Under the pieces are notes generated by a model, which was given only the letters and a program-made list of their open reading frames with translations, did no database searches and was not told where the DNA came from. Shown piece after piece: positions 10,896 through 22,921 of a DNA stretch of 64,000 nucleotides. Made by a program: the position numbers and the translations under genes. This stretch comes from an uncultured Spirochaetota bacterium (lineage in GTDB: Bacteria; Spirochaetota; Spirochaetia; SZUA-6; Fen-1364), in NCBI GenBank assembly GCA_963734545.1, contig CAVTHO010000006.1:96001-160000 (forward strand), in the 5' to 3' direction. Positions within the stretch are counted from its first letter, which is position 1. The number at the start of each line of letters is the position of its first letter.

Positions 10896-12115
10896 TTGAG
10901 CCAGGACGAGCGGGGCATGCTTGCCGCCGAGATGGAAGAGGAGCTTCGCAGCGACATTCTCCCTTTCTGGCCCCGATTCATCGATCGGGAGAACGGGGGA
11001 TTCCACGGTCAGGTGGAGAACGACGGCCGGGCCGATCCGCGCGCTGACAAAGGGCTCGTGATGCACGCGCGGCTGCTCTGGACGTACTCCGCAGCGGCAA
11101 GACTCCTCGAATGATCCCGGGCTTCTTGCCACTGCTGATGCCGCATACCGCTTCCTCGTCGAGAGTCTCCATGATGAGAACCAGAAGGGCTTCTTCTTTG
11201 CCTGTGACTTCCAGGGCAATCCGCGGCCGGGGCTCAAGATCATCTACGGCCAGGCCTTCGCGGTATACGCCCTTGCCGAGTACGCGCGCGCGGGAGGGCC
11301 GGGCCGGGCCCTGGATCTTGCCATGGAAACTTTCCGCCTTCTCCAGCGCACCGCCTGCGACGAACGCCACGGCGGCTACTCGGAGGCGGCTGCGCCGGAC
11401 TGGTCGAAAAGCGCCGTCTCCGCGCTGGGGGACGGGGACATCGCCTGCGCCAAGAGCATGAACACGAATCTCCACGTCCTGGAGGCCTTCACCGCCCTGC
11501 ATGAGGCCACGGGGGACGCCGCTGTGGCCCGTGCGCTCCGCGGGCTGATCGAGGTGTTCCTGTCGAAGATTCTCACGCCCTCTGCGCACCTGGGGCTCTT
11601 TTTCGACAATGACTGGTCGCGACTGGATGCCGCGGTCTCCTACGGCCACGACATAGAGGCGAGCTGGCTGCTCACGGAGGCCGCGGAGCGCACGGGAGAC
11701 GAGCAGCTGGGGACACGTGTCCGCAAGAGCGCGCTGGCAGTGGCCGCCGGCATCGCGCAGGTCCTCGATGCGCACCAGGGCAGCCTTCCCAACGAGCTGA
11801 AGGAGGGGCGGCTCGATACGGATCGGATCTGGTGGGTACAGGCCGAAGGGATCGTCGGCATGGTCAATGCGGCGGAGCTCTCGGGAGATTCCGCTTACCT
11901 GCGGCGCGCGTCTGCGCTCTGGGGTTTCGTGAAAGCCTTCCTTATTGACCGCGCGCACGGCGAATGGTTCTGGGGCGTCCGGCACCCGGGGGGCGCGCTC
12001 CTGCCCGGGCCGGTACAAGGGAGGCGCCTGGAAGGCCAGCTATCACAACGGGCGGGCGTGCATGCAGATCATGAGCCGGCTCGCGCAGGGGAGAGAGGGA
12101 GGCGCGCACCGGTGA
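10896..12115 (+). CDS. AGE-family epimerase (cellobiose/mannobiose 2-epimerase-like), frameshifted
   Basis: ILPFW...GGFHG, KSMNTNLHVLEA, SYGHDIEASWLL, WWVQAE, WKASYHNGRAC. Confidence 0.88.
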
Positions 12116-13297
12116 CGACGCCGAATCTACGAGGGGCGCAGGGCCGCGCTGGAAAAGGCAAACGGCGCCCTGGCGAGAAGAAAGAACGAGCCTGTCCTGC
12201 CGGGGAACGGCATCTTCACGCGCTACCGTTTTCCGGTCCTCACGGCTGCGCACGTGCCCCTGGACTGGCGCTACGATTTCGACCCGGTGGCGAACCCGCT
12301 GCTCCTCGAAAGGCTGCCGGTGAACGCGGTGTTCAACGCCGGCGCGATCAGGCTGAATGACGAATACTGCCTGGTCTGCAGGGTGGAGGGCGCCGACCGC
12401 AAGAGCTTCTTTGCCGTTGCGCGCAGCGCCTCGGGGGTGGATGGCTTTCATTTCGACCCGCAGCCCATTCTCCTTGCCGAGACGCTTGATCCGGACGTGA
12501 ACGTGTATGACATGCGGCTGACGCAGCACGAAGACGGGTGGATCTACGGCATCTTCTGCACGGAGCGCAAGGACCCCGAGGCGCCGCCCGGGGACACGTC
12601 CCGCGCCGTGGCATCGGCCGGCATCGTCCGCACCCGGGACCTGGTTTCCTGGGATCGGCTGCCCGACCTGGTGACCTCCTCGCCGCAGCAGCGCAACGTG
12701 GTGCTGCACCCCGAGCTCGTGAAGGGAGAGTACCTTCTTTATACGCGGCCCCAGGACGGATTCATCGAAACGGGGTCGGGCGGAGGGATCTGCTGGGGGC
12801 TCGTCCGGGATATGACACACGCGCGCGTCATGAAAGAAACGCTTCTTGACGCCAAGGCCTATCACACCATCAAGGAAGTGAAGAACGGGGCAGGGGCCCC
12901 TCCGATACGGACGCCGAAAGGCTGGCTCCATATCGCCCACGGCGTGCGCGGCACCGCTGCCGGGCTCCGCTATGTTCTGTACGCGTTCCTCACCGATCCG
13001 GCAGATCCAGGAAAGATCATCGCATCGCCGGGCGGCTATCTGCTTGCGCCTGAGGGTGAGGAGAGGATCGGAGACGTGTCCAACGTCTGCTTTTCGAATG
13101 GCGCGATTGCGGATCCCGACGGCAGGGTGCTCATCTACTACGCGAGCTCCGACACCCGCCTGCATGTCGCCGAATCGACGATCGAACGCCTGCTCGACTA
13201 CTGCCTGCATACGCCGGAAGACCGGGGCAGAAGCCGCACGAGCGTGGAGGACAGGCTGCGGTTGATCCAGAAGAATCGGGATGTCCTCAGGAAATGA
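12112..13297 (+). CDS. GH130 4-O-beta-D-mannosyl-D-glucose phosphorylase-like (N-terminal frameshift)
   Basis: [56 protein letters not shown]. Confidence 0.9.
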
Positions 13298-13304
13298 GTG
13301 ACGC

Positions 13305-13955
13305 GTGCTGAACCTCTCACTGCCCGAGCTTCTGCAGAGCATCCTCATCATCGTGGTCAGCCTGACCATACACGAGTTCGCGCACGCCCGGGTGGCAATC
13401 TCCCTTGGAGACACGACTCCTCGGGAGGATGGCAGGTTGACTTTGAATCCTCTCAAGCATATCGACCTCGTGGGATTCATCATGCTCGTCGTGGCGGGTT
13501 TCGGCTGGGCCAAGCCGGTGCGGATCGACGCGGCCAGGCTGAAGAAGCCACGGCGTGACGAGATCCTCATCTCGATCGCCGGGCCTTTTTCCAACGGATT
13601 GTTCGCGCTCCTTCTGGCCGTCGCGCTGAAGATCATCCTGGTGGCGTTCGTCATCCGCTCGCCTGTCCGTTTCAACAGCCTTGCCGGCTTCATCACACAG
13701 GCTGCAATGATCAATATCGCCCTGGCCCTCTTCAACCTCCTTCCGATCCCTCCACTCGACGGATCGCACCTCATATCGACATTTCTCGCAAAGGCAAACA
13801 CGACCCTGGCAGCCACCTATTTCAGGTATGGGTCCTTTGCGCTGCTCGCTCTGATCATCGTCGAGCAGTTCACGCGCATCGACATTCTGCCGATTGGAAG
13901 GGTCACCCGGGCAATCGTCATCTGGATGTACAAGTGGCTGGGGGTACTCCCATGA
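13305..13955 (+). CDS. Site-2 protease, peptidase M50 family
   Basis: HEFAH, AGPFSN, FNLLPIPPLDG. Confidence 0.93.
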   Translation: MLNLSLPELLQSILIIVVSLTIHEFAHARVAISLGDTTPREDGRLTLNPLKHIDLVGFIMLVVAGFGWAKPVRIDAARLKKPRRDEILISIAGPFSNGLFALLLAVALKIILVAFVIRSPVRFNSLAGFITQAAMINIALALFNLLPIPPLDGSHLISTFLAKANTTLAATYFRYGSFALLALIIVEQFTRIDILPIGRVTRAIVIWMYKWLGVLP

Positions 13956-14614
13956 ATGCAGTGCGGATCGTCGGTATCGCGGGCGGATCGGGATCGGGCA
14001 AGACAACTATCGTTTCACGCATCACGGAGATCGTTCGCGACTACGCCCTTGTCCCGCAGGACAACTACTACCGGTCCGCCGAGGAAATGCCGCAGAATAC
14101 GATGGCCCTGCAGATGCCACCGAGTACGGCGGCCGGCGCGGCCAGCGAGCCCAACGCTGGATTCAATTTCGACCATCCGGACGCCTTCGACAGCGATCTG
14201 CTGGGGGAGCACCTGCAGGCGCTCAAGGCGCACACCCCCATCCGGATGCCGCAGTACGACTTCGTGCACAATCGGCGAAGGAACGACACGGTTCTCGTGG
14301 AGCCCCGCCGCCTGGTGATCCTGGAAGGGATCATGATCTTCTTCGACAAGCGCATCCGCGACCTGATCGACCTGAAGCTCTACGTGGACACCCCGGACGA
14401 CATCCGCTTCATCCGTCGACTGCGGCGCGACATCAGCGAGCGGGGCCGCACGGTGGACTCCGTCATCGAGCAGTACTTGAACGTGGTCCGCAAGGGGCAC
14501 TACGAGTTCGTCGAGCCCACCAAGGCGTACGCGGACCTGGTCATTCCGGAAGGCGGCTTCAACGATCGCGCAATGGAAGCGCTCATACCATTCCTCAAGC
14601 AGGTTGCCGGCTGA
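13952..14614 (+). CDS. udk: Uridine kinase
   Basis: GIAGGSGSGKTT, DNYY, NFDHPDAFD, RFIRRLRRDISERGR; carries an unusual loop insertion. Confidence 0.93.
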   Translation: MNAVRIVGIAGGSGSGKTTIVSRITEIVRDYALVPQDNYYRSAEEMPQNTMALQMPPSTAAGAASEPNAGFNFDHPDAFDSDLLGEHLQALKAHTPIRMPQYDFVHNRRRNDTVLVEPRRLVILEGIMIFFDKRIRDLIDLKLYVDTPDDIRFIRRLRRDISERGRTVDSVIEQYLNVVRKGHYEFVEPTKAYADLVIPEGGFNDRAMEALIPFLKQVAG

Positions 14615-14616
14615 TC

Positions 14617-15606
14617 TCACGGGGCGCCAAGCGGCTGTCCGATCTCCGGCCAGCCATCCGCGCTCCAGGTGATCGGCCGCAATTGCAGCACCGCTATTCC
14701 CCCGCGTTTCCCGTCATACATATGGTGAACGAGCAGGTCCCGATCTCCCTCCCGCAGCACCGAGCAGTGGCCGGGGCCGTGCACGTCGTCATAGCCCGCC
14801 AGGACGATCGATCCCCCGCCCTCGTTCATCGGGATGCCTTTCTCATCCATGTAGGGACCCGTGATCAGGCGCGACCGGCCGACGGCGACCTTGTAGGTGC
14901 TCCGCGTGCCCCTGCAGCAGAAATCGAATGAAACGAAGAGGTAGTAGAAGTCGTTGTGACGATAGATGTAGGAGGCCTCGATCGGGTCATCCTTCACCCC
15001 GGGGCGGCGCGCAAGTGAGATGATCTCCGGCGGATCGCGGAGCGCCTTTCCACGCCCGGGCTCGATACCGATCATCTTGATGCCGTCCCAGAATGACCCG
15101 AAGGCGAGGTACCAGCGCCCCTCCGCGTCGACGGCCAATGCAGGGTCGATGGCGTTCCAGTTGTCTCTTCCCGGAGTCGAATCGATTACCTTGCCCGTGT
15201 CCACCCACTTGAACGCCGGGCTCTGCGGGTCAAGCGTCGTATTCGTGGCAAGACCGATGCAGGACCGATTGTTCCCGAATGTCGAAATGCTGTAGTAGAT
15301 GTAGTAGATGCCTCCGTGGAGAGATATGTCCGGTGCCCACAGACTGCCGTCAAACCCGGGCACCTCTTTTGCCATCCACCCGGGGAGAGCGCTGAATACG
15401 GAGGACAGGTATTCCCAGGTCTTCAGGTCCCTCGTTCGCTGGACAGTGATGCCCTGTCCGGTGGCAAAAAGGTAGAGATATTCTCCCTCCCTGATCATGA
15501 CCGGGTCATGAGCATAGGCAGGAGCTGCATGAAGGGTCATCGGCACCGCGCCAAGAAGCATGCAGGCAAGGATCAGCGCGTGACCATAGCTCGAACAACT
15601 GATCAT
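14617..15606 (-). CDS. GH43 endo-1,5-alpha-L-arabinanase, secreted
   Basis: HDP, WAPD, NAIDP, FGSFWDGIK, IEASY, FDFCC, GPGH; signal peptide. Confidence 0.9.
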   Translation of the reverse strand: MISCSSYGHALILACMLLGAVPMTLHAAPAYAHDPVMIREGEYLYLFATGQGITVQRTRDLKTWEYLSSVFSALPGWMAKEVPGFDGSLWAPDISLHGGIYYIYYSISTFGNNRSCIGLATNTTLDPQSPAFKWVDTGKVIDSTPGRDNWNAIDPALAVDAEGRWYLAFGSFWDGIKMIGIEPGRGKALRDPPEIISLARRPGVKDDPIEASYIYRHNDFYYLFVSFDFCCRGTRSTYKVAVGRSRLITGPYMDEKGIPMNEGGGSIVLAGYDDVHGPGHCSVLREGDRDLLVHHMYDGKRGGIAVLQLRPITWSADGWPEIGQPLGAP

Positions 15607-15637
15607 TTCATTTTCCTCCAACAGATGCAGGATAGTG

Positions 15638-15792
15638 TATCACATTTATTGATAGGATAAGTCAGTATTGGAGAAAATTTATATAACAAACCTCTTTAAA
15701 ACCAATTCTGGCAACCAATATCAAATAAGTCAACAAAAAAGTTGTTACTTATCATATATTCCTTGACAATAGAACGAGTGCAGTCTTAGAAT
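15638..15792. promoter_or_regulatory. AT-rich divergent promoter region with TATCA-N7-TGATA palindrome and sigma70 promoter (TTGACA 15763, TAGAAT 15787)
   Basis: Perfect TATCA-CATTTAT-TGATA at 15638-15654; a related site lies upstream of the ArsR-type gene. Confidence 0.6.
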
Positions 15793-15936
15793 CGGCCGCG
15801 TGGGGCGTTGCCCCAAGCGCCTGGAGAGGTTTATCCGCCGCACTGCACGGAGTACCGTGCAAGGTGCGGCGGCGCCAATCCGGGCGCTGCCGATCACCGA
15901 GCTGTTCACCCGGAACAGATCAAAAGGAGTGAAAGG

Positions 15937-17199
15937 ATGCGCAGATTCCTTGTACTGATTCTTCTCCTCACGATTGCCGTCGGATTCAACGCATTCGCAG
16001 CGACGCCGATCACCTTGTGGACCTTCCAGGAGCTGCACCTCGCCTTCTATGATGCGGCAGCCAAGACGTGGAATGCGCAGAACCCCGGCAAGGCAATCGA
16101 CCTCCAGGGCGAGGCATTCCCGTACGCGGACATGCACAACAAGCTTCTCGTCGCGGTCCAGTCGGGTGTGGGCGCGCCTGATATCGCGGATATTGAGATC
16201 AGCAAATTCCCCAACTTCCTCAAGGGCGACATTGGGCTTGCTCCCCTCAATGACGTGATCGATCCCTTCCGCGACAAGTTTGTCCAGGCACGGCTTGCCA
16301 TCTACGCCAAGGACGGGAAGAACTACGGCCTGCCCTTCCACGTCGGAGCGACGGTCATGTATTACAACATGGACATCATGAAAAAGGCGGGCGTGAACAT
16401 CGACAAGATCCTCATGTGGGACGACTATGTGAAGGCAGGCCAGCAGGTCGTGGCAAGGACAGGCAAACCCATGACCACTCTGGAGACCACCGACCAGTGG
16501 TCCTTCTGGCCGCTGATCGCCCAGCAGAAATCCGACTACTTCTCACCGAAGGGCGACGTCTGGCTGGACAATGCCACCAATATCAAGACCCTCCAGTTCA
16601 TGCAGGACATGCTCTATAAATCCAAGATCGCGGTCGCCGCCCCCGGCGGCTTCCACCATGCCGAGCAGTACTACGGCGCCATGAACGCGGGCGGGTTCGG
16701 CTCCATCTGGATGCCGATGTGGTACATGGGCAGGTTCACAGACTACATGCCGGACCTTGCCGGAAAGATCGCCATCCGACCGCTCCCCCGGTGGACAAAG
16801 GGTGGATACCGTTCGGCAGGAATGGGCGGGACCGGAACCGCCGTGCTCAATCAGTCCCAGAATATCGACCTGGCCAAGCGCTTCCTCTTCTTTGCCAAGG
16901 GCTCCAAGCAGGGCAACATCATGATCTGGCAGGTCCTCGGGTTCGACCCGCCCCGCTGGGATGTGTGGGGCGACCCGGCAATGAGCGCGCCGAACAAGTT
17001 TACCGAGTACTTCCAGAACGACAGCGTCTTCAAGATGCTGCTGGCTGTGAAGGACGAGATTTCCCCCGTGACCTTGACGGAGAAAACATCCGACCTTACC
17101 GATATGGTTCGGAACACCATCATGGTCCAGGTGCTGAAGGACAGGAGCAAGACACCCGCCGCGGCTTTGAAGGAGGCGGCGGACCAGCTGAGGCAATAG
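15937..17199 (+). CDS. ABC transporter substrate-binding protein, arabino-oligosaccharide (AraN-like)
   Basis: Signal peptide, GAPDIADIEI, PFHVGATVMYYN, GMGGTG; GH43/GH51 context. Confidence 0.9.
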   Translation: MRRFLVLILLLTIAVGFNAFAATPITLWTFQELHLAFYDAAAKTWNAQNPGKAIDLQGEAFPYADMHNKLLVAVQSGVGAPDIADIEISKFPNFLKGDIGLAPLNDVIDPFRDKFVQARLAIYAKDGKNYGLPFHVGATVMYYNMDIMKKAGVNIDKILMWDDYVKAGQQVVARTGKPMTTLETTDQWSFWPLIAQQKSDYFSPKGDVWLDNATNIKTLQFMQDMLYKSKIAVAAPGGFHHAEQYYGAMNAGGFGSIWMPMWYMGRFTDYMPDLAGKIAIRPLPRWTKGGYRSAGMGGTGTAVLNQSQNIDLAKRFLFFAKGSKQGNIMIWQVLGFDPPRWDVWGDPAMSAPNKFTEYFQNDSVFKMLLAVKDEISPVTLTEKTSDLTDMVRNTIMVQVLKDRSKTPAAALKEAADQLRQ

Positions 17200-17215
17200 C
17201 GTCCATGACGCGGAG

Positions 17216-17247
17216 AGGGCTCGGCCGCACGGCCGAGCCCTTTTATT
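17216..17247 (+). terminator. Stem-loop after the SBP gene (partial terminator or mRNA stabiliser)
   Basis: AGGGCTCGGCC-gcac-GGCCGAGCCCT-TTTATT. Confidence 0.75.
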
Positions 17248-17269
17248 CTGGAATTCGCTGGGGGACCCC

Positions 17270-18167
17270 GTGAGGAGAAGCATCGGCTCTAGGCAGGTTT
17301 GCGCCGTACCTGTTCGTGCTCCCGTTCATCGTCTCCTTCCTGGCATTTTATTTCTACCCTCTCGTGAGCACGATCATTATGAGCTTCCAGGAAATCATTC
17401 CGGGGCAAACCCATTTCATAGGGCTGCAGAACTACCAGCGGCTCAGGAATCCGATCATGTACAAGGCAATCTGGAACAGTTTTCGCTACACGGTCCTCAC
17501 GATTGCCGTGCTTGTCCCCATTCCGATTCTTTTCGCCGTCCTGCTGAACTCTCCGGGAAATCCCGCCAGCAACGTGTTCCGCGCTGCCCTCTTCATTCCG
17601 GCCCTCGTGTCCGTTGTCGTGGCCGGCACCATCATCCGCCTCCTTTTTGCGGGGAGCCCCGCGGCCATCGTGAACACGCTTCTCAGCCCCTTCGGAGTGA
17701 AACCGATGGACTGGCTCGTGGGCAACGCTCAGCAGGCAATGTTCCTGCTTGTCATGATGGCCACCTGGCGGTGGACGGGCGTGAATATCATTTATTTTCT
17801 CTCAGGTCTGCAGAACATCCCCCGGGAGCTCTATGAAGCGGCGAGCATTGACGGGGCATCCGCCTGGTACAGGCTGTTCCACGTCACGATCCCCCTGCTG
17901 AAGCCGACGGTCATCTTTGTCACCACCATCAGCGTGTTCGGGGGGTTCGCCATGTTCGAAGAAAGCTACATCCTCTGGTCCGGCAACGCGGGCGGCGGCT
18001 CCCCCAACAACGTCGGCCTGACCATGGTCGGCTACATCTATCTCAAGGGCTTCCAGGGCGGGGCTATGGGGCTGGGCTCCGCAATCGGGCTGATCCTTCT
18101 CCTCATCGTGCTCGCCGTCAGCATACTGCAATTGAACCTGTTCGGATTTTTCAAGAGGGAAGAGTGA
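17270..18167 (+). CDS. Carbohydrate ABC permease (AraP-like; N-terminal frameshift)
   Basis: EAA loop LYEAASIDGA; multiple TM helices. Confidence 0.92.
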
Positions 18168-19018
18168 TGAGCTCCCTGCACAGAACAACGCTGCGGACGC
18201 AGATCCTGATATCAATCTTTTTCATCGTCATCTGCCTCGGGTTCCTTTTCCCCATCTACTCGCTGATCCTGGCCTCTTTCCGGCCCGGAAGAGATCTCAT
18301 CCGGTTCGGGATCACGTGGAAGACGCTCGTCCCGCGAGATCTGACGCTTTCGTTCCTGGTGAATCTATTCACGAGCAAGAACGGCATCTATCTGGTCTGG
18401 TTCCGCAACAGCATGATCATCGTGGTCCTCCAGACATGTCTGAGCCTGCTCTTCTGCTCGATGGTCGGCTACGGGTTGGGCATCTACGAGTTCAAGGGGA
18501 AGAAGATCATCCTTGTCCTCATGCTGCTGGTCATGATGGTCCCGCTGCAGATCCTCATCCTGCCGCTGTACCGGCTCATGATCACCATAAAGGCAATGAA
18601 CACATTTCAAGGCATCATGTTCCCCTTCATCGTCTCTCCATTCGCAATTTTCTTTTTCCGGCAGTACGTGCTCGGAGTCCCGATGGATTTTGTCGATGCC
18701 GGCCGGATTGACGGACTGTCCGAGGGCGGTATCTATTTCCGCATCATGGCGCCGCTCATGGCGCCCGCATTTGGCGCAATGGCGATCCTCGGCGCCCTGC
18801 AGAGCTGGAACAATTTCCTCTGGCCGCTGATCGTCATGCGCACCGGCAACATGTTCACGATTCCCGTCGGGCTGGCCACCCTGCTGACGCCATACGGGAA
18901 CAACTATGACATGCTCATTTCCGGATCGGTCATGGCCACCATCCCCATCATCATCATCTTCTTCATCTTCCAGCGGTATTTCATCGCGGGGCTCACTACC
19001 GGCGGAATAAAAGGGTAG
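18164..19018 (+). CDS. Carbohydrate ABC permease (AraQ-like)
   Basis: DAGRIDG, WNNFLWPL; TM helices. Confidence 0.92.
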   Translation: MMSSLHRTTLRTQILISIFFIVICLGFLFPIYSLILASFRPGRDLIRFGITWKTLVPRDLTLSFLVNLFTSKNGIYLVWFRNSMIIVVLQTCLSLLFCSMVGYGLGIYEFKGKKIILVLMLLVMMVPLQILILPLYRLMITIKAMNTFQGIMFPFIVSPFAIFFFRQYVLGVPMDFVDAGRIDGLSEGGIYFRIMAPLMAPAFGAMAILGALQSWNNFLWPLIVMRTGNMFTIPVGLATLLTPYGNNYDMLISGSVMATIPIIIIFFIFQRYFIAGLTTGGIKG

Positions 19019-19024
19019 CGGATC

Positions 19025-20020
19025 ATGGCGCGCTCCCTCGCGTCCTTTTCCGTGCTCCTCGTTGTCCTCGCCCTGGGCGCAGAAGCGAACGCGGATCCCC
19101 TGCGCTACGTGAATCCGATTGTCCGGCAGCGCGCCGATCCGTGGATCTACCGGCACACGGACGAGTCTTACTATTTCACCGCTTCGGTCCCCGAATACGA
19201 TCGGATCGAGCTCCGCCGCGCCGGCACGATTCGGGAGCTCGGATCCACATCACCGACGGTCATCTGGAGAAGACACGAGACCGGGGTCATGAGCGCCAAC
19301 GTCTGGGCGCCGGAAATCCACTTCATCGACGGCGCGTGGTACATCTATTTTGCCGCTGCGCGGACGGGGGCGCCGTTCGACCACAGGATCTACGTACTGG
19401 AGAACACCTCGGCAAATCCCCTGCTCGGTGAGTGGCGGGAAAAGGGGCAGATCGTCACGAACTGGAGCTCCTTCTCCCTGGATGCCACCGAGTTCGCGCA
19501 CCGCGGCGTTCACTACCTTGTCTGGGCGCAGAGAGGTCCCCGCATCCCGGGCAACAGCAGCCTCTATATCGCCGCCATGAGCAACCCATGGACCATCAGC
19601 GGCATGCAGTCCCGCATATCGCAGCCGCAGTACGCGTGGGAGAAGATCGGCTTCCGGGTGAACGAGGGTCCGGCAGTCCTCGTCAGGAACGGCCGGGTGT
19701 TCATCACCTATTCGGCCAGTGCGACGGACGCCAACTACTGCATGGGGATGCTCACCGCCTCCGAAGACGCGGATCTGCTCGATCCCGGCTCGTGGAGCAA
19801 GAGCGCGGCACCGGTCTTCCAGACGGACGCGGCGGCGGGCGTCTACGGTCCCGGGCACAACAGCTTTACGGTGGACGGGCCCCACGACGTGCTCATTTAC
19901 CATGCCCGGTCCTATCGTGACATACAGGGCGATCCGCTGTACGACCCGAATCGGGATACGCGCGCCCAGGTGCTGGACTGGAACACGGACGGGACTCCCT
20001 GTTTTGGAAGCCCGCAATGA
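19025..20020 (+). CDS. GH43 alpha-L-arabinofuranosidase-like, secreted
   Basis: RADPW, WAPEIH, FSLDAT, VNEGP, GPGHNSF. Confidence 0.9.
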   Translation: MARSLASFSVLLVVLALGAEANADPLRYVNPIVRQRADPWIYRHTDESYYFTASVPEYDRIELRRAGTIRELGSTSPTVIWRRHETGVMSANVWAPEIHFIDGAWYIYFAAARTGAPFDHRIYVLENTSANPLLGEWREKGQIVTNWSSFSLDATEFAHRGVHYLVWAQRGPRIPGNSSLYIAAMSNPWTISGMQSRISQPQYAWEKIGFRVNEGPAVLVRNGRVFITYSASATDANYCMGMLTASEDADLLDPGSWSKSAAPVFQTDAAAGVYGPGHNSFTVDGPHDVLIYHARSYRDIQGDPLYDPNRDTRAQVLDWNTDGTPCFGSPQ

Positions 20021-20102
20021 GCCCGGGAAACGCCGCGGGAGAAGCGGCCCGGATTCATGGCCCGGCAGGAACGATATTCTGGCACGGAAGGAGCACACAC
20101 TC

Positions 20103-21618
<1,516 letters not shown>

Positions 21619-21695
21619 GCCGCGAGCGTGTCGGGCATGGCAAGCAAAGGACCGTCGGGCCCACGCGTGGACAGCCGCGCTTCGCGCGGCGCTCC

Positions 21696-22625
21696 CTAGA
21701 GGTACAACCTCAGGACGATGTCCTGGTCGTAATTGCCGAAACCGCGTCCGAATATGTTCATGCCCCCGACGTTCTGCGCATCTTCCTTGATGCCGAGCCT
21801 CACCTTGATCGAGTGGTGCTCGGAGAGCTTCAAATCCGCCACCGTCACCTGTGAGACCTGCACCCCGTCGATGTAGGAGCCGTCGTCGCTTATGCTCCAG
21901 ACCTTGTTCAAGCCGTACTGCGACCCCTCCAGCTTCCACCACTCGGGAGTATATGTTCCCCTCTTGTCCCCGTAGTCCCCGGGAGAGATCCATGTGCCGA
22001 TCTCCACCCCGTTCACCCACAACGTGATATCGGAGCGCCAGTGGGGGTTGGTGCCGGGCGTCTCGGAAGAGAGCTCCGCAGTGACCTCCAGCCTCCGCAC
22101 GGGCTTCTCCTGGTAGAGCGCATTGTTGGGGAACTGGTAGACGACAAACCCCTTCTCGAACCACAGGAGCCCCGCTTTTACGCGTTCGGGCTCCAGGAAA
22201 GAGGCGGGCGTGTCCAGGTAGCCGATTATCTTTTCCGTCGAGCACATGCCGCAGGGGGGCGACACCTTGTACTCGATGAAGAGACCGATCGGCATCTCGA
22301 CCTCGATGGCGTCATTGACTGCTTTCGGCTCCGTGAACTCGATGATGAACTCGTCGTAGAGGGCGGAACAGACCTTCTGCGTGCCCTTGAACGCCTTCAG
22401 GCTCCTGGTCTCGATGAGCCGCGCATCTTCGAGAAGCATGATATTCGTGGCGATTGTCGACTGGGGAAGACCCATCTCCTGCGTTATCTCGTTCACGTTC
22501 TTGTCACCCTTGCGCAGGATCTCGAGGATCTTGAGACGCACGTCGGAAGCCAGTCCTTTCAGCGCCTTGAAATCCTGGGGAAGCTGGATGATCATTATTC
22601 TTCCGTTATTCTTTTCGTGACTCAC
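21696..22625 (-). CDS. ArsR-type HTH regulator with extended C-terminal domain, probable arabinan-locus regulator
   Basis: N-terminal wHTH (ASDVRLKILEIL...NVNEI...PQST), then PPCG, ELSSETPG, SPGDYGDKRG..TPEWW. Confidence 0.85.
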   Translation of the reverse strand: MSHEKNNGRIMIIQLPQDFKALKGLASDVRLKILEILRKGDKNVNEITQEMGLPQSTIATNIMLLEDARLIETRSLKAFKGTQKVCSALYDEFIIEFTEPKAVNDAIEVEMPIGLFIEYKVSPPCGMCSTEKIIGYLDTPASFLEPERVKAGLLWFEKGFVVYQFPNNALYQEKPVRRLEVTAELSSETPGTNPHWRSDITLWVNGVEIGTWISPGDYGDKRGTYTPEWWKLEGSQYGLNKVWSISDDGSYIDGVQVSQVTVADLKLSEHHSIKVRLGIKEDAQNVGGMNIFGRGFGNYDQDIVLRLYL

Positions 22626-22672
22626 AAATGCTCACCTCATCAGCATGTCCGAATTAATATCGCCGATTATAA

Positions 22673-22689
22673 TATCATTTTTTGTGATT
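22673..22689. promoter_or_regulatory. TATCA-N7-TGATT putative autoregulatory operator
   Basis: 9/10 match to the 15638 palindrome, in AT-rich DNA upstream of the regulator. Confidence 0.5.
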
Positions 22690-22921
22690 TATTCAACCCA
22701 AGACATGGAAGAAACGACCTTTTTCAGGCTTATTTTCAGCGATTTTGATAAACATCACAATTGATGGCCCGAACCATGCCTCGAGGTCCCTGCTGACCCG
22801 AAGCGCCGACAGCTGGCTTCTTGACGCACGCGGCGGAACTAACTAGACTCGGGCCAATTCGGACAGCGGGTCCAGATGGACCGATACCGATATTCCACCC
22901 CCAGACGGAGAAGAACGTCCT

